Made by a program: the position numbers and the translations under genes
In this document: positions 52,866-64,000 of the stretch, one piece after another
Layout of the letters: each line of letters begins with the position of its first letter
Numbering within the stretch: position 1 is the first letter of the stretch
Source of the DNA: Mizuhopecten yessoensis
Lineage: Eukaryota
Assembly: GCF_002113885.1 (NCBI RefSeq)
Contig: NW_018408902.1
Span: 1,416,820-1,480,819 of the forward strand
Reading direction: 5' to 3'
Length of the DNA: 64,000 bases
The notes under the pieces: model-generated
Databases searched by the model: none
What the model saw: only the letters and a program-made list of their open reading frames with translations
Told to the model about the DNA's origin: nothing

Positions 52866-53792
52866 TGTTGTATAATAATTGTTGTATAATTATATGTCCG
52901 GTAAAGAGGTCAGTAGTGTGACGTCAGTATATATCTATTATCTGACCGGCTATTGGGGTGGCGCGCGATACCTTTGTATGACTAGGTAGACGAGAGAGCG
53001 ACGACAACGACAACTGACAAGATTATAAGTGAGGTATAAACTCGATTTCTCGATTTACAAACTAATCTGTCGATCTTTTCTATTTGTCCTTTCCCCTGTC
53101 CGGCGTGCGATATTTCCCGCGAGCAGTATCTGATATTATTTGTACGGTATTTTAAATAAAACATGTATGTGTGCGTACGCTGGGTTTACCTGAGTGACCG
53201 CCATTACACCGACCGGTATGATTGTGTTTATATTCCATATCTTATTATTTGTATGGTTTATGTTTACAGACTTGAATGTGTGTACAGACTAATACATGAG
53301 CTGGGCATATTGTAAAGCCTTCTGCCACACAGAGGTGATTATTTCAGTATAAGTCCTACAAATCCCAATATGTATATATCCTTTTGAATGTCCCGTAAAA
53401 GTGTACGTCCGTAAATAGTTTTCATCATTTATGAGTAACTTCAAAAGTAAATGCCAAAAGGCCATACACTTATGATATAATATATGTGTAAAAGTAAATT
53501 GTAATCCATATTGTAACTAATAGATAAGGAAATAGTAAACGTCCTATTTACAATTCATTATTTGTTATCATATAATCCCCGGTTAAACGTACTTATTTTA
53601 CATGTAAGTATTAATTGTCAGTTGTACTCGTATCTGTTATATATGTATCGATAGCGTTATGTGTATGTGTAGTAAAGTATTGTATGTTTGTATCGTTGCA
53701 GGGTAATATCTACCTACAATAAATCACTGGTTCGGTATAAAAACGTCGAGCTTGGGTTGTTTATTCAACCCCGAATACCCCTTGGCTCCACT
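52866..53792 (+). mobile_element. Possible solo LTR (BEL/Pao-like)
   Basis: Starts TGTTGT, is locally CpG-richer, has splice-like sites and AATAAA near 53718. Near-match flanks tgtaa / tgtat; the 3' end is not a clean CA. Confidence 0.35.
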
Positions 53793-55188
53793 TGTATCCA
53801 AGATAATATGCATTTGTAAGGCTTGGTAAAACATAGATTAAGGACGTAAAGCCCTATCAGTAAATCAAAGGACTTCTCTTTGACCTTGCAATATCGAAGT
53901 CTGTACGTGGTAACCCATCGTCGCCGATATCTCAGTAGCCACGATCAATTTGTATCAATCATTTAGAAAACGTAGCTGCACCCCAAGTATGGCAACACTG
54001 GTATGCATCTGCCCTTCTCTGGCTTCCAACGGTTAGGTTACACCTATCGGCTTCCGTACAACGCTCCATGATGCGCCGCTGTGTGACGCCTAATAACTTT
54101 CCGAGCACATTGAGGTCAATCAAGCCTGTGCATGCACGTGGTTACGATGATCACATACGTCATGTGTGGTGTTACATGAGACTGAACGGCGGCTAATTTT
54201 TTTATGTTATTAATGAAAACATGTTTACAGTGATACGCGTTTAATTGTCAACGGTGATATTTGTATTAACCAAGGTCAGGAACGCTGTAACACGGGTACC
54301 TATTATAGTGGGTTTTGGTGTACACGTGACCGTTTGACCACTTTCATAGTTTACGATAAAGGGATTTGTGAAGATGAGGACACTTAAGAATAGACACATG
54401 AAATTATGTGCTATGTTCGTATTGTCATTGGTGATAGTATCTTGGATGTATATTCATCGGAACGCCGACTACATGAATTGTCCTTGTCCAGGTAAGTACT
54501 TTCACCTGTTATTTTATAACATTATTACAGAGCAGGTTTAGAAGTGCATTCCGAAGGTCTACACGGCCAGAGCGACGTGATCTTGTGCCCGCCACTCCTG
54601 CATTGTGGTTTATTCCGGTTTGTGGATTGTTTTTGTGGTTCCTCGAACAGAGCAGGTTAATATTATGCAAATTTAGATGCTCTGATATGAAATTTCCCAT
54701 TTGAACGGGTAGAAAGCACAATATTCACAAACGAGACCGAAAATGTAATATAGGTCATACTGGACAGGTAGGTTAGGTATTAAGATTGGGTAACTACCGA
54801 AGTGAGGTACATCTATACATTCATATTTATTTTAAAATAGATTTTCAAAATCTTCAGTAACAAATTCCAGATTATCGTTTAGCAAGATTTCATGCAAATT
54901 AATTGCAAGAAAAGAACAAAAAGGCACAAGGCTGCATCACTCACCTGGTACATATATTTATTATGAAAAATTTATAGTGTGGTCCTGGCTCCTGTGTAAG
55001 TTTATATATTGTTCACTATTGCAGTTTCTTTGTTGTTTTGTTTTATGCCTTCAAGTTACTCTGTAACTATAAATGAGCAACACAATTATTGGATTGAATT
55101 GAAATAAAATCATAACGAATTTCTCACCAGACACGATTTCTCACTCCCGCACGCGGGAGGTGTAGGATTACCCATGTCATGAGTACGA

Positions 55189-55458
55189 AAATAAGTCTTA
55201 ATACACCACGATTGCCCAAAATCAATGACAATGGTTGTACTCACAGGGACCTGAGAATGTGTTACAGCTATATTTGGACCGAAACTAAGGTGTTCAGAGT
55301 AATTTTACATGTTTTAGGGATCTACACCCCTAATACGTGTAACATTACTATGAACACCTTAGTTTAGGTCCAAATATAGCTGTAACACATTCTCAGGTCC
55401 CTGTGAGTACCACCATTGCAATTGATTTTGGGCAATTGTGGTATATCAAGACTTATTT
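55189..55458. repeat. ~270-bp near-perfect foldback palindrome
   Basis: aataagtctt...ctcacagggacctgagaatgtgttacagctatatttggacc pairs with ggtccaaatatagctgtaacacattctcaggtccctgtgag...aagacttatt; the loop is only a few bases near 55320. Confidence 0.9.
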
Positions 55459-55839
55459 ATAAGTTTTTAAACCAATACGCAGACAATAATGATATCCGAG
55501 TGTTCCTTACAGACCCAAATCATGGCTTCTCATTAGCTGAGACATATATCGGGCTAAAATAATTCCTTTTCTGTTATATGGACTACAATTTTATCAGGTA
55601 TGATCATGAAATATTTTGATAGTGTTCAAACAATCAAAGGGATTGGGCACAAAATCTAACAACATCATGATAATAGGAAATTTCATAATTAGTTTGTAAC
55701 AGCAGACGTGATTTCGTGAATGCAAGTAAATGAAAATTGTTGTTCAATTAAATTAAACGCCCCACCCACATACACATCAATAATTATTATACCATATCAC
55801 TATAACTTATTTATTATATTGTCGGTTGACCTCATATAT

Positions 55840-56060
55840 ACACGCATGCGCCTATCTGCTCACAAACTTCGTATAGACACTGGAAGGTATAGAAATAACA
55901 AAGAGAGGTGAAATACTCTGTACAAATTGTGGGATGATGGTGGTAGAGGATAAGCCCCATTTTTCTTTATATTTACGAAATACAATGCAATCAGGAAACA
56001 TGTTTGTATGTTTTTTAGATCCTCTATGACAAAGCCAGTCGAATGTTTCATCTGCTCAAA
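55840..56060 (+). mobile_element. 3' fragment of an RTE-X-like LINE
   Basis: TRMRLSAHKLRIDTGRY. Confidence 0.6.
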
Positions 56061-56464
56061 TGTTCAGCAATTTTTTATGAGGTAAATATGTTAAATCGGC
56101 GGATATTAAAACAAAGAATTGTTTCAAATTAAACCTCTGCATTCAGATGTGATCATGAAGGTTAACTAAATATTTACGTATTAATAATAATATGTATTCA
56201 TATATATTTGATGAACTTAAGACAGCATGTAAGCCTGAAGGGAGACAACTGTCACAAAACCCACAGAAATAATGTGAAAGGTAGCCTACAGCCTTAACTC
56301 TAATACAAAACTTGTTCATTTATAATTTTACTCTTCAGTTTAATGGAGATTTCCTATGTTCACTGTTATATAACATGAAATTATGCACATAACTTATTCA
56401 TCGAAGGTATATATAACCGTTATAAGAGACGTATCTAGAAAAAAAATATTTATTAGGTAACGGG

Positions 56465-56820
56465 GCATAGCCGCGCGGGACATCGAATTTCGACTTGAAT
56501 AGCTGTCACAGAAACATGCAAATTTGTCCACAGAAGATATTTTAATTGTATACATGCAATCATAAAGATTTTAATCCAACTTTTTCCTTGACGTTTTATC
56601 TAAAATAGCTGCGCTGGGCATTGTATTTCGACTTGAATGGCTGTCACAGAAACATGCAAATTTGTCCACCGAAGATATTTTAATTGTATGCATGCAATCA
56701 TAAAGACTTTAATCCAATTTTCTCCTTGACGTTTTATTTAAAATAGCCGCGCTGGGCATTTCATTTCGACTTGAATGGCTCTCACAGAAACATGTATTTG
56801 TCAACAGAAGAAGTTTAATT
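56465..56820. repeat. ~138-bp tandem repeat, ~2.6 copies
   Basis: atagc(c/t)gcgc..tttcgacttgaat.gct.tcacagaaacatg recurs near 56467, 56604 and 56743. Confidence 0.85.
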
Positions 56821-57919
56821 GGATATAATATGCTAAAAAACCCCATGAATATTAAATACAATAACAACAAAACACATTTCTAAGGGTATATTTCACTATA
56901 AATAGAAATAGTCAGATTTGAAAGTTAGTGACAAATATGTTCTTGTTTTTATTATAAATTGATCTTAAATATTTGTTAGTAAGTGACAGATATGTTCTTG
57001 TTTTTATTATAAATTGAACTTTTATAATAAGGCCAAATGTGTTTTGAAACTGAGATATTTAGTCAGAGGAATCATATATGAATGTAAATACCTGTACATA
57101 ATAAACACTTGTTAAGACCGGAGCCTCACGCCTATCAGAGAAATCATTAATTACATAGTTTTTCGTAAAAACTCAAATGAAAAGAAAAGTAAACATGTGT
57201 AGCTATTTTTGGACATCTGGACAAAACACTATTGAATGACAGGCAAGTGTCATACGCTATTAGTCGGCTTGACCACAGAAAGAAACAAGAGTTATTCAAG
57301 TCGGGTTGTTTACCAACATGACAGGCTGACCAGGTGTTAGACACGTCAACACATCGCACATGCGTAAACTGAGTTGTATGCACTTATCCCTAACTGGGAC
57401 ACCTTGGTTGGACGAGCGGCCAGAGAGGTTATTTATATGTCTCGGGCCAGAATTCACTCTATGCCCAGACATTTTTTTCAATTCAATATTACCAAATGCA
57501 CATTGCATATAGGCGTACAGAAATATACATATAGATAAATATTTTACAAATATCTTGTACAATGGCGGAGAACATATGCAATAGATTCAATTCCATACAT
57601 AATAATTAAAAATTCATGAAATAGTCATAAGTTGGGGAACACTTTAAGGTTTTCCTAAGGTAACTTAACGGACTCTTATGAAGCATAATTTAGTTGTTTA
57701 TGAAATAATACAAATAAAGCCTTAATCCAACCAAATTTCTAGGAAAGAACAAAACTTCAAAGTAAATCATACAACCTCAACATGAAGGTAGAACGAATAT
57801 TAAATATTATATAATGAAATTAGGTTATAACTCATTGTTAAGTAAAAGACATAGATCTCAATCGCATTATACAGTAACAAAACGTTTATAGCAAGACTTG
57901 TATACAGCTTATATATCAT

Positions 57920-59465
57920 AATATACGACTTTTCTTAACAGTTGCTTGAATCAAGCACTTACTTAAATTTCTAATAAGTTTATTTTTTTGCTAGACAGTA
58001 GCTCTATTAATTTAAACACAGAAGGACGAATACGATAATATGGCTTGATATACGATACTCTTAATTCTAAAAATACAGGACACATAAGAATGAAATGAAA
58101 CTCATTCTCGACATCGCCAAGATCGATCCCATAAAGTACACAATCTCTTGTTTCGAGGCACTGCATTATATATACCTGTCTCTATGTTAAGTTTATGTGC
58201 TTGCGATCTATATTTCGCAAGAATACATTCATTTTTTTTCTAAATAGCGGTTTTGTAAAATAACAATATAGATCAAAACGGTCAACAATGTGTTTATTCA
58301 ACAAACATTTTGAAGATGTCTCGAATATGTTTCTCATTTCCTGAATAAAAGTATCCTTTATGCGTTGTTTATATAATAAAAAAATTTATTCTCATTTGGT
58401 ACACATTGTGCCAACCACACATCTCCAAAACCAACGTACACAAATCACGTCCCAGATGATAAACCAAATTTGCTTTACAATTTGGTTTCCTGTTATGAAG
58501 CTCTTAAAGTTCATCGTAACAGGCCTTCAAAATACAGTTACCAGTCTTTAGTATTTGCAGCAAGTACTTTACAATAGCAATCCTACGCTGTATATGCAAA
58601 GGGTAACGACCAAGTTCAAAATCCTGACACCAAACAAGGTTTTCAAAAATAATAAATGCATATTTTCAATTTGCGGTGCAAGACTATAACCCCGTACTTC
58701 ACATCCGTAATACACAATACATGATATATAAGTATCAAATAAAGATAACTTAGTCTTTTCATTCAACAAAAATCTTTTCCCTTTCGTATTAAGAAGAAAA
58801 TAAGCTTTCCTTCCTTGTAAAGCAATGTTGTTCAATGCAATGGTAAATTTACCATTATAATTAAAAACCAAACCTAAATAGCAAAATTGATCTACCACTT
58901 CTATAGCTTTACCATCAAAAATCACTGCTCGTTTGGATACAATCGTTTACTTTTCCTAAAACCAACTATTTTTGTTTTGTCTACATTTACAGATAAATTC
59001 CAACGTCGAGAATAAGTGATTAAATAATCCGACATATTTTGGAGGTCAACTGCATCCTCAAAAAATATACCGTGTCACCGGTTTACATGATTAAAAACAA
59101 ATTAAGTAATTGCAAGTGATAACTTTGGCAATTTGACTTAATCAATTCGGATTACATTTTGTCGACAAATAAAGAAAACATTATTGGAGATAAGTATTCT
59201 CCTTGTAATAATCCGACCTGTAAGTCGTACATAGGAGATAATTTATCATGAAGCTTTACACATGACTTAACACTCTCGTATATAGATTTGATAACATTAA
59301 GCATCCGTCCTCTTACACCCGATTTCCACAATTTATACCACAATTTATCATTTGATATACTATCAAGCGCTTTTCTATAGTCTACGAAAACACAATAAAG
59401 CCTTTTATTACTCTTTAAAGTTTTAATAATCAAGGTATTAAGTACAATAATAAACAACTTCAACT
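57920..59465 (-). mobile_element. 5'-truncated RTE-X-like LINE (RT to C-terminal Zn knuckle), decayed
   Basis: LYCVFVDYRKALD..LWYKL, GLLQGEYLSP, FCYLGLVF, YGCEV, VENEFHFILMCP. Confidence 0.82.
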
Positions 59466-60907
59466 TAGCCTCTGCTGTTTGTTATTCAAATTCAGGTTCA
59501 TCCTAATCCAGAAGTCCCGTCAAAAAGTGTATCAGATTACCGAGACAAGTACAAAATATACATACAATCACAAAGATCTGTATGCAAATTCTCCTTGACG
59601 TTCTATTTAAAATACTAAACATAAGTTATTTGAAACGGTTTTGATAAGAGCTGTTATGTACGGAAGCCTTGGAGGGACATTTTTAGTTACCAGTTATTTA
59701 TTATTACTTATTTGTTATTCCTTATTTGTTATTATTTAGTTGTTATAACTTATTGGTTATTTGATAATTACGACAAAACGTGGCAAGGCTGTTCGGCAAA
59801 ATAGACGACTTCAGCTCTAACGAACATGCAAAATAATTAAATTAAAACAACAATCGACAGGCTTAATTAATTAATTAAAAGTGAAAATTTTATATTATTA
59901 CTAAACAGAGATTGCCTGCTTAATTAGCAATAACAAACAATGAATAACAAATAAGTATTAACAAATAAGTCAAAATATATAAGAATTAACAAATAACAAA
60001 TAAGTATTAACAAATAAGTAATAACAAATAAGAATTATTAAAAGGATACGTTTTTTGGGGAATCATACATTTTCTCTCTCCATATTATCAATTTTGGGAT
60101 ATGGCGGCTTAAAGGTGATATTTAAGTTTTTCCTCGTTATTAGTGAACTTTTATTTATATTATAGAACTGACAGCAGAGGAATAAGTAAATTCCTATAGT
60201 CATAATAAAATCTGTATCTGTGTATCTGCGTATGGGATGGTGGAATGTCAAATACAAAAAGTAGGTCACTGTGACCTGTTGTTTTGCTTTTGACCTCAGC
60301 TTTTGAAAGTTTGTTTGGGGCATATCTTATGCTTGTTCAAGTGGACTAACAATATTTGGTTTGCAAGTATGTTTTACAATGGGGAGTTCAGGAAGTATGT
60401 CACTGTGACCTATATACTAAAATAAGTGTAGAGCTCAGTAAATGAAGAAATAAATGCTGGTGGGAGATTATGTCTTGCTTTGAAACAATTTGCCTTAGTT
60501 TGCCTTTATCTTACAGTTCTGGTTTATATGGGAGCGGATGTATTAGTAAGTCTTCGGTCTTTGGCTTACATTTCCAGTTTAAACTTACTTTTCAAAGATT
60601 AATATATTTCCCCTTGATCAGCCACATGTTTTTGCGCAATTATTTCCCTATTGTTGTGAAATAAGCATGAGTTACAATCTGGAGTTAAATATTGTAATAA
60701 CACAAAATCACATTAGTTCTCATACCGCCGCAATTCCTAAATGCTACTATTTTCGTCTTTCCTATATTCAACGTGTTTTTTTTTTTTATTGTTTTTTTTT
60801 TCGAGTTTTTTGTTACATCTACATCAAACAGTCATTACACACAAACTCTCACTTGTAGACAGAAGCATGCGTTTCTCAATCATCATCATTTATACACATC
60901 ATCATCG

Positions 60908-61046
60908 NNNNNNNNNNNNNNNNNNNNNNNNNNNNNNNNNNNNNNNNNNNNNNNNNNNNNNNNNNNNNNNNNNNNNNNNNNNNNNNNNNNNNNNNNNNNN
61001 NNNNNNNNNNNNNNNNNNNNNNNNNNNNNNNNNNNNNNNNNNNNNN
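60908..61046. other. Assembly gap (139 N)
   Basis: Run of N. Confidence 0.99.
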
Positions 61047-61117
61047 TCATCATCATCGTCCGTACACAGTGACAAACATCATCATCATCCTCATCATCGT
61101 CCGTACACAGTGACAAA

Positions 61118-61193
<76 letters not shown>
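61047..61193. repeat. (ATC)n microsatellite with a short duplicated spacer, flanking the gap
   Basis: catcatcat... tract; ccgtacacagtgacaaac occurs twice. Confidence 0.95.
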
Positions 61194-61379
61194 GCTGTTT
61201 ACCTTGGTATTATTATAATTACACTTCTGCATAGTCTAATGTTTTTTTTTCCATTTTCTTCATTCTTTCTCAAACCTATCCTGTGCAGAATCACCTTGAC
61301 TGTGTACAATATATTTTTTAACAGTATAATGTTCTGTAATCGTGTTAATTAAGGCATTTGGGTTCAACGTTTGATGTCG

Positions 61380-63490
61380 ACATCTTGTCTTATAAATATA
61401 AAACTAAATAATAATTAAAATTTCATTGTCAATTCTATTATGTGTCATATTCTCATTTGGTACCAATAATCCAAAAAGAAAACTGATTTTATTAAATGAA
61501 AATGGGATAAAAAGTGCACCTAACAATATTTCAAAACTTTGTAAAAAATCTCTGTATTTCTCTACATTCCCACAAAATATGAATGATTGTTTCTTGTTCT
61601 AAATTACAAAGTGTACAGAGTGGAATAATCCTACTTTAAACATGGATTAATTTGTTGTCAAAATATGATGAACAATTCTATACTGAAACCACTGTAGTCT
61701 TGAATTTTTTGTTATTTTAAAAGGGGTCTTATATATACAGTATTTATATCATTCCTTTTTTTTACTATCTATATAGTATCTTTTTTACCATAAGATTATT
61801 ACAATCTTTTCTTTTTATCCCTTTTACTCTCTTTAAGAAAAATGTAACATTACAGGGTGTGATAGGGTATACAATAGCGTCCTTTTTACAATCAATTTTA
61901 GCTAAATATTTCCTTATTGTAGTTAATACACCATGATATTGGAAAAATTAGTATTTACCTGATAAATTTGAGCAAATTCTTGAAATGTGTAAAAAGTACA
62001 AGTCTCAATGTCTTTTATTAATTCATGAATTATAGTCACTCCTTTATTATACCATGTTTTGAAAAATATTGATTTCTCCCAATAGTAAAATTCCCGTTGT
62101 ACCATAATGGCATTTTCCAGATACAACTTTCGTTAATTTGTTTCACCCGCTCCCTTTCATTAAACATTCTCCATGCTTTAAAGACATCTTTCAAAAAATA
62201 ATTTGTGCACTTATTAAGACATATTGAAATGTAATCATTTCCACAATCAGATAGCATATGTAAGTCAATTTGTGTTTCTAAGATAACTTGCCACTTGCCT
62301 GACTTCTGATATAATCTCCGTATCCAACCTAATTTTAAGGAATCTATTAATGACCTTATATTAACCATTTAGACCCCCTTCAAAATAATTTTGAAATATC
62401 TCATCTGTCTTTATTTTATCAGTTTTACTGTTCCATAAAAGGTAAAGAGAATATTATTTAATTGATTCAAAAATTGATCATCAGGATTTGGCAATGCAGT
62501 AAACAAATGGTTAAATTGTGATATCATTGAAGAGTTTATCAGATGGATTCTACCTATAGGATTAAGTGATCTTCTGTTCCATGTCTTGATAAGTGCTTCA
62601 AGTTTAATTAACTTCTTATCAAAATTTAATTTTGGAATTTCATGAAGATCAACACTAAATTCTATTCACAGAAGCATGAATTTTGTCCTTCCCCACTGCA
62701 ATTTTAGATCAGATAAAAATGTATCTTCACTGTATTTTGTTCCCTATCCAAACCACCTGGGTTTTGTCTATATTTAACTTCAAACCAGATGTTTTAGCGA
62801 AAGTATTCAATTCTGCTATAGATTCGTTTAAATACCTTTCTGAACCATCTAAAATGAGAGAAGTATCATCATGAGCATACTGAGAAATAAGGATTTGACT
62901 TTTATTTACTTTTATACCCTTAATCTTATTGTTATTTCTAAGCCTTATGCCTCTAATATTTCAACACAAAAAATAAAAATTAAGGGGGCGATTGGATCAC
63001 CTTGACGATAGCCTCTTTTTATGTTTAAAATGGAATGATGAAAGGTTACCACCTTGGTTAAGAGTTGAAATTACATTGGTGTGTAGAAGTATTACCAAGC
63101 ATCTAACATCAGCACCAAAATTAAATTAATTAAAAACTTTATCAACAAATTCCCATGAGACTGAGTCAAATGCTTTCTCAAAATCTACCATTAATATCAT
63201 ACCTGGAATATATCTTTCTTCTGCATATTACATAATGTCATAAACTAATCTGGTATGTCCCCCTATATAACGGACTGAAAGAAAACCTGTTTGATCCTTA
63301 CTAATTAATTTATCTAAAACTGTTCTAATTCTACCTGCTATTGATCCGGACGCTATTTCATAGACTATATTCAATAATGTATTTTTTTATGAACTGCCTA
63401 GGTTTATCTCCCTTGGGAATACATGTTAAAATACCTTGCTTTAAGTTTATACTCAATGATATATTTTTTTTAAAGCATCTAACATTTGTT
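61380..63490 (-). mobile_element. Tx1/L1-clade LINE ORF2 remnant (RT and C-terminal region)
   Basis: Minus strand gives DQTGF..RYIG..RLVYDIM, VDFEKAFDSVSWEF, RQGDP, ISQYA(H)DDTSL, SLKLGWIRRL, PLWYN; heavily frameshifted. Confidence 0.85.
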
Positions 63491-64000
63491 GTTATTTATC
63501 TGGCGAATCTGCAAAAACGACAATGCCGTGAGCATACACTAGAAGGAAGAATGTTATCAAGTTCGGCGGTCGAACCTGGTATATAAAACACATGTTGCAC
63601 ATTGGCGATCAAATTTCTCCCTGATACCAAGAATAGGATAAATCACGAGAGCAACCACATTTGATTGCCATGTACTGTAATGTTCTGAAATCTGCTGATA
63701 AATCGCATATATGTATATTCCTCCTATATTTATACATGTATACTTTATACCCTATGTAACTTTACATAACCACATATCAACGTCTAAAAATGAGAGACTT
63801 ACTAAACAGTCTTTCTACCTGAGTTTGGTGTAGTATTAGAGCACATAGACATGGAACGCATTCACTTTCATTCAATTTGGTTTTCTCATAATCGCGACCG
63901 TAGACCACTTGAAAAAAAAGCCCCACCGGGCAGTATAGTTTAATTGTATACCAACGAGTATATGTGAACAACCAATTAATGTCTAGTGTCAATCAAACTG

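Noticed and set aside
59640-60060. MITE suggested by opposed ttatttgtta / taacaaataa tracts
   Set aside because: Low-complexity arms; no defined TIR ends or TSD could be established.
60741-61352. 203-aa ORF with poly-Ile
   Set aside because: It spans the N gap and an (ATC)n microsatellite.

Overview
Eukaryotic, AT-rich, repeat-dense genomic DNA. The repeat families suggest a mollusc, most likely a bivalve (inference). The only host gene I can support is the 3' end of an invertebrate classical (neural/type III-like) cadherin on +, with six exons (4792-8025) encoding LamG, EGF, transmembrane and catenin-binding cytoplasmic regions. Most unusual observation: the 82-bp minisatellite filling 1-4140 is a tandem amplification (~50 copies) of the cadherin's own upstream exon end plus its 5' splice site (…GILLHLPSTSKEYITLE|GTAAGA, in phase with the next exon IVNNHLQVTYNL). 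A second 39-bp repeat two introns later is also seeded on an exon/donor junction, but with the GT destroyed. The rest of the window is a transposon graveyard: a DIRS tyrosine-recombinase retroelement, several CR1-group LINEs carrying 2A-like (NPGP) peptides, RTE-X-like and Tx1/L1 LINEs, an intron-containing PIF/Harbinger-ISL2EU-type transposase with a C-terminal SWIM finger, MITEs, and a 5.6-kb element with ~550-bp terminal inverted repeats carrying convergent RecQ-like helicase and GDQLT-type transposase genes. That last element best matches the AcademH lineage and is decayed here. All assignments come from reading motifs by eye; no searches were run.
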